Part shown: in pieces, positions 22,136 through 29,411 of the stretch
Layout of the letters: every line of letters starts with the position of its first letter
Numbering within the stretch: position 1 is the stretch's first letter
From: Methanosarcinales archaeon
Lineage (GTDB): Archaea; Halobacteriota; Methanosarcinia; Methanosarcinales; Methanocomedenaceae
Assembly: GCA_014859725.1 (NCBI GenBank)
Contig: JACUTQ010000002.1
Span: 1 to 48,610, forward strand
DNA length: 48,610 nucleotides
Reading direction: 5' to 3'
Translations under genes and position numbers: made by a program
The notes under the pieces: model-generated
What the model was told of the DNA's origin: nothing
What the model saw: only the letters and a program-made list of their open reading frames with translations
Database searches by the model: none

Positions 22136-22352
22136 ATGAGAAAGATGGCATCGAATTTTGAAGACACACAAGTGTCCATTTATACACTGCGGCCGGAAAG
22201 TATTGTTTTCCCGGGTGATCGGGTATTGCTTAAGGTCAACCTTCTGGCACCCAGGCCGCCAGTAGATGCGGTCACCACTCATCCGGCTGAAGTAGCTGAC
22301 GTCATCGATCTCGCACTGGACATTTCAGGAATCCAGGCGGTAGCAACAGAAA
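22136..22352 (+). pseudogene. N-terminal stub of a DUF362-like gene (about 70 codons), truncated where cbiO begins on the other strand
   Basis: VSIYTLRPESIVFPGDRVLLKVNLLAPRPPVDAVTTHPAEVADVIDLA resembles the DUF362 N-terminus (..PGD.VL.KPNL....P..AVTTHP.VV..V). The rest of the 125-aa ORF is antisense to cbiO and lacks the remaining roughly 250 aa of the family. Confidence 0.4.
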
Positions 22353-23690
22353 TCAGATGTTTTCAATTGAACAGTATATCTGGCGAATACCTTTCTTATT
22401 GCGCTCACTTACCCGTTCCATCACCAGTTCGGCCATACCACCGCTGGCCAATACCAGGCAGTTAAGCCCCCTCAGTGCAGACAGCATGGCAGATTGTATA
22501 ACATCCACCTCAAAATTCAGGTGAATAGCTGCCTTTCTGGATGTTACCTTGGCAGATGTACCCATAGCACCCACCCTGTCAAATCCTAACATCATTCCAC
22601 AGATCATTTCAATGTTAACCTGATTAGACCCGCCTTCAATGACACGTGGGATTTTCAGCACATGGATAGTCCCTGTTTTAGATATCAGTGATCCAGTAAC
22701 ATCCTCTACCAGCACTTCGTTGCCTGCTGCTGCATCCGACAGCGTTCTGCCTGTAACATGATTTTGAAAATCTGCAACAGCCAAAATTGTACCTTCACTC
22801 ATTATGAGGCCTACCTTTTGCCCCTCCTGTAAGGGGCAGTCAGCCACCGCACATCTGACATCCGTGATGGGGGCTTCCATGGAATCCACAAGGTCCAGTA
22901 TAGTCATGGGAACATGTCCTTCAGCTATCCCCCGGGCTTCGAATTCCCTGTAGGTCTCAACAATGGTCGGAAGTCTTAATTTTGACTGCTCGATAAGTGT
23001 CCGATCTGAAAAAATGCTGCGTGGATGTCCGGATGCACGGATTTGACCACGATTGATGACATATATGATATCAGCCCAGGTTGATGCCAGGTCAACATCA
23101 TGGGTCGAGATGAGAATGGTCTTTCCTAAATGATTGAACTCATTTAGCATATCCACAACCTCGTCCGCACCCACCGGATCAAGATTGGATAGGGGCTCAT
23201 CAAGAATTATCACTTCCGGCTCCATGGCAACAACGCCTGCTATTGCAACTTTCTTTTTCTGCCCGCCGCTTAAATAATGGGGTGGTTTGTCCTTGAATTT
23301 GGTAAGACCCATATATCCAAGAGTACTGTTTACACTGTTTGCGACCTCTTCTGTTCGAAATTCAAGGTTCCTTGGACCGAAAGCCACGTCATCATATACT
23401 GTGGGTGCAAATATCTGGTCATCTGAATTTTGAAAAACGACCCCGATTTTTTTCCGGATCTCACGAAGCGATTTTGCATCGTATCCAAATGGTATGCCAT
23501 TTAGCAAAATCTCACCACTTTTAGGCTTCAAGGTCCCGTTCAATAGTAAAAATAGTGTGGATTTTCCAGATCCGTTCTGTCCTATAAAAGCTATCTTTTT
23601 TCCTTTTTTAATTTCAATGTTAATACCATCAACGGCCAGAGTTCCATCCGGATATGAGTATGTAAGATATTTTGTCTCTAAAATATTCAT
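22353..23690 (-). CDS. cbiO: ECF/cobalt transporter ATP-binding subunit CbiO with an uncharacterised C-terminal extension of about 170 aa
   Basis: ABC motifs are Walker A GQNGSGKST, the signature LSGGQKKKVAIAG and Walker B VIILDEPLSNLD. The ATPase module ends near aa 275, but the ORF is 445 aa. Confidence 0.85.
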   Translation of the reverse strand: MNILETKYLTYSYPDGTLAVDGINIEIKKGKKIAFIGQNGSGKSTLFLLLNGTLKPKSGEILLNGIPFGYDAKSLREIRKKIGVVFQNSDDQIFAPTVYDDVAFGPRNLEFRTEEVANSVNSTLGYMGLTKFKDKPPHYLSGGQKKKVAIAGVVAMEPEVIILDEPLSNLDPVGADEVVDMLNEFNHLGKTILISTHDVDLASTWADIIYVINRGQIRASGHPRSIFSDRTLIEQSKLRLPTIVETYREFEARGIAEGHVPMTILDLVDSMEAPITDVRCAVADCPLQEGQKVGLIMSEGTILAVADFQNHVTGRTLSDAAAGNEVLVEDVTGSLISKTGTIHVLKIPRVIEGGSNQVNIEMICGMMLGFDRVGAMGTSAKVTSRKAAIHLNFEVDVIQSAMLSALRGLNCLVLASGGMAELVMERVSERNKKGIRQIYCSIENI

Positions 23691-23699
23691 GATTTTTCC

Positions 23700-24479
23700 T
23701 CAAATAGAAACATAATTTATGACATACGAAGTGGCCATGATGAAGACGAAATATGAAGAGGTTAGAATTACTTCAGATATTTTAACCGGTCTATTGGGGG
23801 TGGAGATGGTCAATTTACCATCATAGCACCTGGAATTCATAGACAAATATGTTTTTTCTCCCTGTTCCCATGACCGTATGAATAGAGTGCTCAGCAACAT
23901 GGACATCGAACGAATTGAACTTTTAAAATCTTTGTATCCCAGTCGAACAGTCTGAGCATACTTAATATTCATAGCTACATCCAGAAATACGAATATATAG
24001 CGATACATCAGCATTGATAGTTCGATCAAAGGCTCTGGGATCCTTGATGTCTTAATAACAGAAAAAAGCTCGACCATGGGTGTTGAAAGAGCAAGAAAGA
24101 ACAAACAGGACATTCCACTTACTGTCCTTGATATCACCAGCACTGCCATATTGAATCCTTCCCTGTTTACAGATAGAGTAGTATTTACAATGCTGATACG
24201 GAATACTTCATTGCCTGATCCAAAGAATAACAATATGATGATCGATCCCATCACGGCAAATACCAGCGGTGCAAATATGAGCTTTATATAAAATCGAATG
24301 GGAATTTTTCCGATATAAACCGTTGCGAAACTCATACAAATGGCGATAATAAAAATAATTACGGGTGATGTGGATGACACACCGAAAAGTAACCCGAAGA
24401 CTACAATAGCCAGTTTGAGCCAGTTGTTGCTATATCTTAAGGGGCTCATTAACGCATAGTCATCAATAAGATTTTTCAT
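23700..24479 (-). CDS. cbiQ: ECF transporter transmembrane (T) component CbiQ
   Basis: The 259-aa multi-TM protein sits between cbiN and cbiO and carries a CbiQ-type ..RYIFVFLD...I..AQ..R.. segment. Confidence 0.8.
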   Translation of the reverse strand: MKNLIDDYALMSPLRYSNNWLKLAIVVFGLLFGVSSTSPVIIFIIAICMSFATVYIGKIPIRFYIKLIFAPLVFAVMGSIIILLFFGSGNEVFRISIVNTTLSVNREGFNMAVLVISRTVSGMSCLFFLALSTPMVELFSVIKTSRIPEPLIELSMLMYRYIFVFLDVAMNIKYAQTVRLGYKDFKSSIRSMSMLLSTLFIRSWEQGEKTYLSMNSRCYDGKLTISTPNRPVKISEVILTSSYFVFIMATSYVINYVSI

Positions 24480-24507
24480 AATGAATTCTCACATTGAAAT
24501 TCCATAA

Positions 24508-24795
24508 TCATGTGGATTGATTTTTCCCTTTATAATATCCAAAGAAGTAACCTATGATCAAAGCTCCTATGGCAGCTTGAAGTGCAAATAGAAGACTTTC
24601 GATCTCACCACTTGGAGGTTCCCATATAGGTTCAGCTATTGGTTCATAGGCCCCCCCTGTCAATTCTTCAATCACACCCTCGGCCTGACTATCTGCACCA
24701 CTAAACTCAGCATCGGTAGAAGAAGAAATGTATAGGAACTGGGCCACGAATATCAGGATAATTGCAGCGACAATAAGTTCTCCTTTCATACCCAC
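24508..24795 (-). CDS. cbiN: Cobalt transport protein CbiN
   Basis: The 95-aa protein has two terminal TM helices around an acidic loop. It sits immediately after cbiM (10-nt overlap), as expected for CbiN. Confidence 0.8.
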   Translation of the reverse strand: MGMKGELIVAAIILIFVAQFLYISSSTDAEFSGADSQAEGVIEELTGGAYEPIAEPIWEPPSGEIESLLFALQAAIGALIIGYFFGYYKGKNQST

Positions 24796-25481
24796 AACTC
24801 CTTGATCTTATGAATGGTCTTTTCATTGATCACTTCAAGTTTTACCAGAACATCACTTCTGACCTGGATTACATATTTGAATATAAGCGCTGTAAAAGCT
24901 CCTTCGATAATAGCAAGAGGAATCTGTGTCAAGGCAAAAATGGCTGCAAATGCTTTGAACGATACAAGCACACCTCCGGTTTGTGCCGGAAATGCCAGGG
25001 CAAGTTCCAGGGAAGTAACAACATATGTAGCCCAATCGGCCAGTGCGGTCGCCAGAAACACAGTTAGATAGAAATTAAGATTTAATTTCATACCGAACTT
25101 GAATATAATATAGGCAACTACCGGGCCAGCTATACCCATAGAAAAAACATTAGCACCCAGGGTTGTCAGACCGCCATGGGCCAGAAACATGGCCTGATAC
25201 AGCAATACTATAACTCCAAGAACCGCTGATATTGCCGGCCCAAATAGAATAGCAGCCAATCCGGTCCCTGTTGGATGAGAACAACTTCCTGTTACTGAAG
25301 GTAGTTTAAGGGAGGAGAGTACGAATATATATGCTCCAGCTACAGCCAGTAAAGGTAATATCTCACGTTTATCAGATATGAGTTTGTTTAACTTATAGAC
25401 ACCATAAAATATTACAGGAGTCGATACTGCAAACCAGAATTGCCACCAGGGACCGGGTAAAAAACCTTCCATAATATGCAT
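24786..25481 (-). CDS. cbiM: Cobalt/nickel ECF substrate-capture component CbiM
   Basis: I prefer ATG 25481 (MHIMEGFLPGPWW, the canonical CbiM N-terminus) behind GGAGA. The 7-TM protein carries GSCSHPTGTGLAAILFGP. Confidence 0.9.
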   Translation of the reverse strand: MHIMEGFLPGPWWQFWFAVSTPVIFYGVYKLNKLISDKREILPLLAVAGAYIFVLSSLKLPSVTGSCSHPTGTGLAAILFGPAISAVLGVIVLLYQAMFLAHGGLTTLGANVFSMGIAGPVVAYIIFKFGMKLNLNFYLTVFLATALADWATYVVTSLELALAFPAQTGGVLVSFKAFAAIFALTQIPLAIIEGAFTALIFKYVIQVRSDVLVKLEVINEKTIHKIKELWV

Positions 25482-25494
25482 AGTGATTCTCCAA

Positions 25495-25530
25495 ATCAAG
25501 TTTACTTGTTTTATAACAAGTAAACTTGAT
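25495..25530. promoter_or_regulatory. Perfect 16-bp inverted repeat with a 4-nt spacer immediately upstream of the cbiM ribosome-binding site (operator or leader hairpin)
   Basis: ATCAAGTTTACTTGTT-ttat-AACAAGTAAACTTGAT, checked base by base. On the minus strand it ends 2 nt before TTGGAGAATCACTATG (SD + cbiM start). A TATA-like TTTTTAAATG lies about 20-30 nt upstream of it on the minus strand. Confidence 0.5.
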
Positions 25531-25657
25531 AAGTAGATTTAACATTTAAAAAGGTTTCTATTTAATAATCTCAGATTTGATAGTCATAATACCTTTGCTA
25601 AGCCATACTTTTTTCAACCATATTGGTTGAATCAAAGGCAGTGGTGATATAAAATAA

Positions 25658-25940
25658 TTTGAAACCGCTGACAACAAAGATGAAATAACAGTTTTCCCTC
25701 CACTCTCACTAGCATACACCCCAGCCTATGCGCCGCATGGCGTTGGGGACTGCTATGGTTACAGCTGCCCCTCCCGGGGACCCGACAACGTGTTTGCCGG
25801 TGAGGTTACCAACAGGGGCTTTGCTTCTGGTCCTGGTTTGATCGATGTACTAGGGATTGGTTCTTAACCTGCGGACCGGCTTCTGAAAGATGATCTGCAA
25901 GGGTTTTATGTTTTCTTCGACGCTTGTATTGATTCCGGGT
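25658..25940 (-). ncRNA. Unclassified GC-rich structured RNA-like element upstream of cbiMNQO (candidate cis-regulatory leader or independent small RNA)
   Basis: No ORF of 60 aa or more is present. By hand count 25701-25880 is about 58% G+C, against about 22% for 25961-26020. Hairpins include CCGGCAA-ACACG-UUGUCGG (25800-25782) and CCCC-GGGA-GGGG (GNRA loop, 25779-25768). A possible closing helix pairs CUUUcaGAAGCCG (25889-25877) with CGGUUUCAAA (25667-25658). The G.U pairs and the GNRA loop favour the minus strand. Confidence 0.35.
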
Positions 25941-26120
25941 TAACAAGCATAAATGATATTAGATATTGAAATCCATTTTTTATTAATACCCTATTTCTGA
26001 AGTATACCTTTCATTTTTTTTATATAAACATTAAATTATTCCGTCCATGTTTTATTTATTCTAGAAACTTTTTTATACGATTTCGAACAATATTACATAT
26101 TAATTTTTGGGGCAAAGAAA

Positions 26121-26510
26121 ATGAAAATAAGAGTAGTAAGTTCAAAAAATGAAATCGGTACTGTAGGAAAAAATGAAGAATTTATTCATTTAACATTCAG
26201 ACCATCTAATAAGGATATTTTCCAACTGGTTCAGAGATGTAAGAATCTTAAAGCTATTCACATACCAACTTCCTATAAAAAAACAATATCAAATTCTACT
26301 TTAATGTTCCTTGAAATGCAAAATATTACATTAATGGAAGGTGATGTGTGGGGTCATAGAAAAGATATTAATGAATATTATGAGATTAAACCCAACGTAT
26401 TTGAAAGAATTAATGAACTAAAAGATGCTGGACATTCAAAAGATCAGATAACATCTCAATTGAGCAAAGAAACTCAGTTAAGCAAAGATTTGATTGCTTT
26501 TTTAATATAG
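26121..26510 (+). CDS. Hypothetical 129-aa protein (possibly a Methanosarcinales-restricted DUF family)
   Basis: The ORF is clean, with an AT-rich promoter-like upstream region (TTTATATA near 26008). I found no recognisable catalytic motif. Confidence 0.55.
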   Translation: MKIRVVSSKNEIGTVGKNEEFIHLTFRPSNKDIFQLVQRCKNLKAIHIPTSYKKTISNSTLMFLEMQNITLMEGDVWGHRKDINEYYEIKPNVFERINELKDAGHSKDQITSQLSKETQLSKDLIAFLI

Positions 26511-26608
26511 AGACAGTTCCTTTGAGTACCAGCCCAAAGGATGCAGGGAGTAAAGCAAATAATGGGTTACAAGACCGTTTATAGGTCTCCTGGATGGAAT
26601 GTAAATTC

Positions 26609-27391
26609 CTAGAGTTTCTTAACCTTTTTATCGATAAGTTTTATGATCTTATCATATGAAGGTGGCGGCCCGGTTCTAACTTTTTTATTATCAATGAACA
26701 GGCCATCTACTATACCCCATTCCTCCAATACATTCCTTTCATTGGTAGCAATCTCCCTGAAAACAACATCTTCACCAAATTCTGCTGCGGCCCTCTTTGC
26801 CCTCTCATACGTTAAGTTCTGGGCCGGGCACCATCCATTGATGAATGCAGTTACTGTCACTTTACCTGGTATGTTATCAGGCATTTTCTTTTGTTTTATC
26901 CATCTGGGAGGAGTGACATCATCTACAAAAGGTTTCCACAGCAGCATAGAAATACCTTCCCTGTCAACGTTGGAATATCCCTGTTTCTTGAACCATGATG
27001 CTTTCATCCAGAAGGGAAGGAATATACCCCATGCAACTATGCCTTTTGCACCGAGATTTTTTGCATCGGTCTCTGCTGCTTGCAGCAATGCTTTTCCCAT
27101 CCCTTTTTTTTTAAAATTTCCCCTCCCCTCTTTATGAGCATGGACCCAGATACAATAAATGAAATACAGGTCTTCCCCTTCTACAAATGAGTGCTCGATG
27201 GGACCGTATTGAATCATTCCACCTACTTTTTGGGTATCATCTCTGGCAAGCTTAACTCTTAACCCCTTATTCTTCATTCTGTCATACCAAAGTTCCTTAC
27301 GAGTGCCTGCTTCCTTCATCTCGTCTGACCAATCCTCAAGGCACATTAAATATAATGGCTTATACTCATCTGTAAGATCGATTACGTCCAC
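26609..27391 (-). CDS. GNAT-family N-acetyltransferase fused to a C-terminal thioredoxin-like domain
   Basis: The start is GTG. The acetyl-CoA motif region reads IWVHAHKEGRGNFKKKGMGKALLQAAE. The C-terminal part TVTAFINGWCPAQN..VVFREI..GIVDGLFIDNKKV looks thioredoxin/glutaredoxin-like. Confidence 0.65.
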   Translation of the reverse strand: MDVIDLTDEYKPLYLMCLEDWSDEMKEAGTRKELWYDRMKNKGLRVKLARDDTQKVGGMIQYGPIEHSFVEGEDLYFIYCIWVHAHKEGRGNFKKKGMGKALLQAAETDAKNLGAKGIVAWGIFLPFWMKASWFKKQGYSNVDREGISMLLWKPFVDDVTPPRWIKQKKMPDNIPGKVTVTAFINGWCPAQNLTYERAKRAAAEFGEDVVFREIATNERNVLEEWGIVDGLFIDNKKVRTGPPPSYDKIIKLIDKKVKKL

Positions 27392-27419
27392 GTTTCATCC
27401 CTTCTCTTTAGATATTTGT

Positions 27420-27914
27420 TCAAAACTCCAGCAACGTTCTCTGATACGGGTCATCCACAACTTCCAGGAGCATATCAAACTGTTTTTTGATCCTTTTCAT
27501 CAGATGTGCCCTGAAATTTGGTTCAGGGAAAAGATATATAGGATTCTTAATGACCTCCATCCTGTTCAGGTCGAACAACCCAGGTCCTTCCATCTCAAGA
27601 ATATGCCTTGAGAAATGTTTCGCTGCAAGGTAGAAGTATTCGCATGTCCGCCCGTATGTATCCAGATACTCAACAGCAAGTTTTGGATGCACTTTTTCCT
27701 TCCATTCCTTGATCTCTATACCTACTATGTAATGTCTTTCAGAACTTCTGAAAACCGCAATGATGTCTGCAAGGTTGCATACACTCTTTCTGCACACGAA
27801 GGGTTTCAGATGCATCTCTGATGTATGAAAGACCGGCGTACCATGCTGATGGATCGAGTTAACGATCTCATGGGAATTGATAGTTGTCCCGAACCTGGAA
27901 AATTTCACATACAA
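27420..27914 (-). CDS. Hypothetical protein with a PD-(D/E)xK nuclease-like core
   Basis: The 164-aa ORF reads ..LADIIAVFRSSERHYIVGIEIKEWKEK.., which fits a D..(E)xK restriction-endonuclease-fold motif. This is a weak, motif-only call. Confidence 0.45.
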   Translation of the reverse strand: MYVKFSRFGTTINSHEIVNSIHQHGTPVFHTSEMHLKPFVCRKSVCNLADIIAVFRSSERHYIVGIEIKEWKEKVHPKLAVEYLDTYGRTCEYFYLAAKHFSRHILEMEGPGLFDLNRMEVIKNPIYLFPEPNFRAHLMKRIKKQFDMLLEVVDDPYQRTLLEF

Positions 27915-27985
27915 TGATAGGTGAAAAATAAAGAAAAATATTGGGTAAGTGAGGTGAAAGTAATAGCGTTAATTCTTACTTTGCA

Positions 27986-28729
27986 TTATACTGTCAATTC
28001 TTCAAATAACCACTTGAATTCCTGGGGACGAATTAAAAATGTAAGATTATTAATGGAACGTACAAGTCCGTACATCTCCTGTGACCTGGTCAATCCAACA
28101 TCATTAAAATTCCCTGGCTTTATTTTCCGGACTTCAGGAACATTCCTAAAATTAGGATTTGGTATCAACCCTTCCTTTGTTAAATAATAAGCGGCCCCAT
28201 GCATCTCAATATATGGCTTATAAACCGATGAAAAATTTCTGGACACCCAATTGGCCATTTTCAGTTCCTTGTTACTGGCATTTATCGTCACATGTCCGTA
28301 ATCAGGTGGGATGATCACCTTATCTCCGGCTGAAGCTTTTATCAATACAACGTCAGATACAACCCCAGCATCCCGTTTCTGCAGCAGGTAATGTGCCTCG
28401 CCGTTCAGGACCTCATATACTTCCGGATATGAGGTGTTGGTATCTGGTACAATAGGATGATAATGACCCTGGGTCTTTACATATTCTTTACCAAGCATGG
28501 CAGGAGGAATAATAGTAATATCATACCGAAGACCGTGTTCTTGAATTATCTCACGGTCTTTGATGCTGAGGGCCAGGTCCCGGTACATGTAATAAAGTAT
28601 CCGGTCTCCAGTCTGCAAAATGTCCGGATCAAGCAGGACGGAAGACATATCTGATAACATCCTTATGCCAGGTTCCTGTGTCTTTCCTCCGAAGGTAAGT
28701 GTTCTGTCCATATATATTCCCACATGCAT
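27986..28729 (-). CDS. pgiA: Cupin-type glucose-6-phosphate isomerase
   Basis: The cupin PGI signatures are TQGHYHP, PEVYEVLNGEA and VIIPPDYGHVTINAS. The start may be ATG 28711 instead of 28729. Confidence 0.7.
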   Translation of the reverse strand: MHVGIYMDRTLTFGGKTQEPGIRMLSDMSSVLLDPDILQTGDRILYYMYRDLALSIKDREIIQEHGLRYDITIIPPAMLGKEYVKTQGHYHPIVPDTNTSYPEVYEVLNGEAHYLLQKRDAGVVSDVVLIKASAGDKVIIPPDYGHVTINASNKELKMANWVSRNFSSVYKPYIEMHGAAYYLTKEGLIPNPNFRNVPEVRKIKPGNFNDVGLTRSQEMYGLVRSINNLTFLIRPQEFKWLFEELTV

Positions 28730-28761
28730 TTTTTGGATTGAATGATAATAATAATAATATT

Positions 28762-29382
28762 CTAATGAAACCTGACCATTCTCCCAATTTCTTCAGGATA
28801 AAAAGACAATACTGTACCAATGGTTATTAAAATTGTGGCCACCCAGAACAATGGTAAGTGAAGGCCACTGGTGCGCATAATCACAAAATCAAACACAAAA
28901 ATCACGATTCCCATATGCAGCATAGCAGACCCGACCTGGATAAAATATCCATCCCTCTCAAAGGTCAGGCCACCCCATTTTATTATTGTCAGAATCATAA
29001 CCGCGGTCTGGATAACGATCGAAATCCCAAGCAAAAACCCAAGACTGGCCTCAATATTGAGGACAAGCGCGATGATGATGTTCAAAGCCAGGATTCCTGC
29101 TCCAGATGAAAGCAGCGTCTGCCGGGGCACGATCCTTTTTGGTATGCATAATCCCAGGATGACCAACAATAATACAACGAATGGATAAATGTATAGGTTC
29201 ATGCTGTCGATATAATGCCCGTATAGAGGTGTTTCAATCCAATTGGGCATTGATTCAGTTGTAATTGTGTAATATCCTATACCATATAGGCACACTAATC
29301 CTATAGCAGTTAGCACTGCTGCGGTAACAACCATAATATAGAAATTATAGGTTTTTGGTTTCATGGTCAGTTTGAGGTTCAT
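28762..29382 (-). CDS. Six-TM membrane protein, possibly a partner of the adjacent cytochrome c assembly protein
   Basis: The 206-aa ORF starts 29 nt downstream of the CcsA-like gene on the same strand. A segment GSAMLHMGIVIFVFDF is vaguely reminiscent of CcmF C-terminal regions. The function call is weak. Confidence 0.45.
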   Translation of the reverse strand: MNLKLTMKPKTYNFYIMVVTAAVLTAIGLVCLYGIGYYTITTESMPNWIETPLYGHYIDSMNLYIYPFVVLLLVILGLCIPKRIVPRQTLLSSGAGILALNIIIALVLNIEASLGFLLGISIVIQTAVMILTIIKWGGLTFERDGYFIQVGSAMLHMGIVIFVFDFVIMRTSGLHLPLFWVATILITIGTVLSFYPEEIGRMVRFH

Positions 29383-29411
29383 CTTCTGATCATCCTATTA
29401 TTATTGTGTTG

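Noticed and set aside
25658-25940. Calling the GC-rich element a cobalamin (B12) riboswitch because it lies upstream of cbiMNQO.
   Set aside because: I could not find the B12 box (..AGCCAGGAGACCUGCC..), the GGUGNGAAUCC or the GCCACUG/GGGAAGGC core elements in the right order on the minus strand. There are only loose resemblances (GCCGGUCC..GUUAA, CAGCUGUAAC). Left unclassified.
25658-25940. Calling the same element SRP (7S) RNA or RNase P RNA.
   Set aside because: The GNRA hairpin GUCCCC-GGGA-GGGGCAGC superficially resembles SRP helix 8, but it lacks the invariant GGAA/AGCA symmetric-loop residues. The Alu-domain order (helix 3, UGUAAU, helix 4 near the 5' end) does not fit. No GGAAAGUCC-type RNase P P4 motif is present, and the block is short for either RNA.
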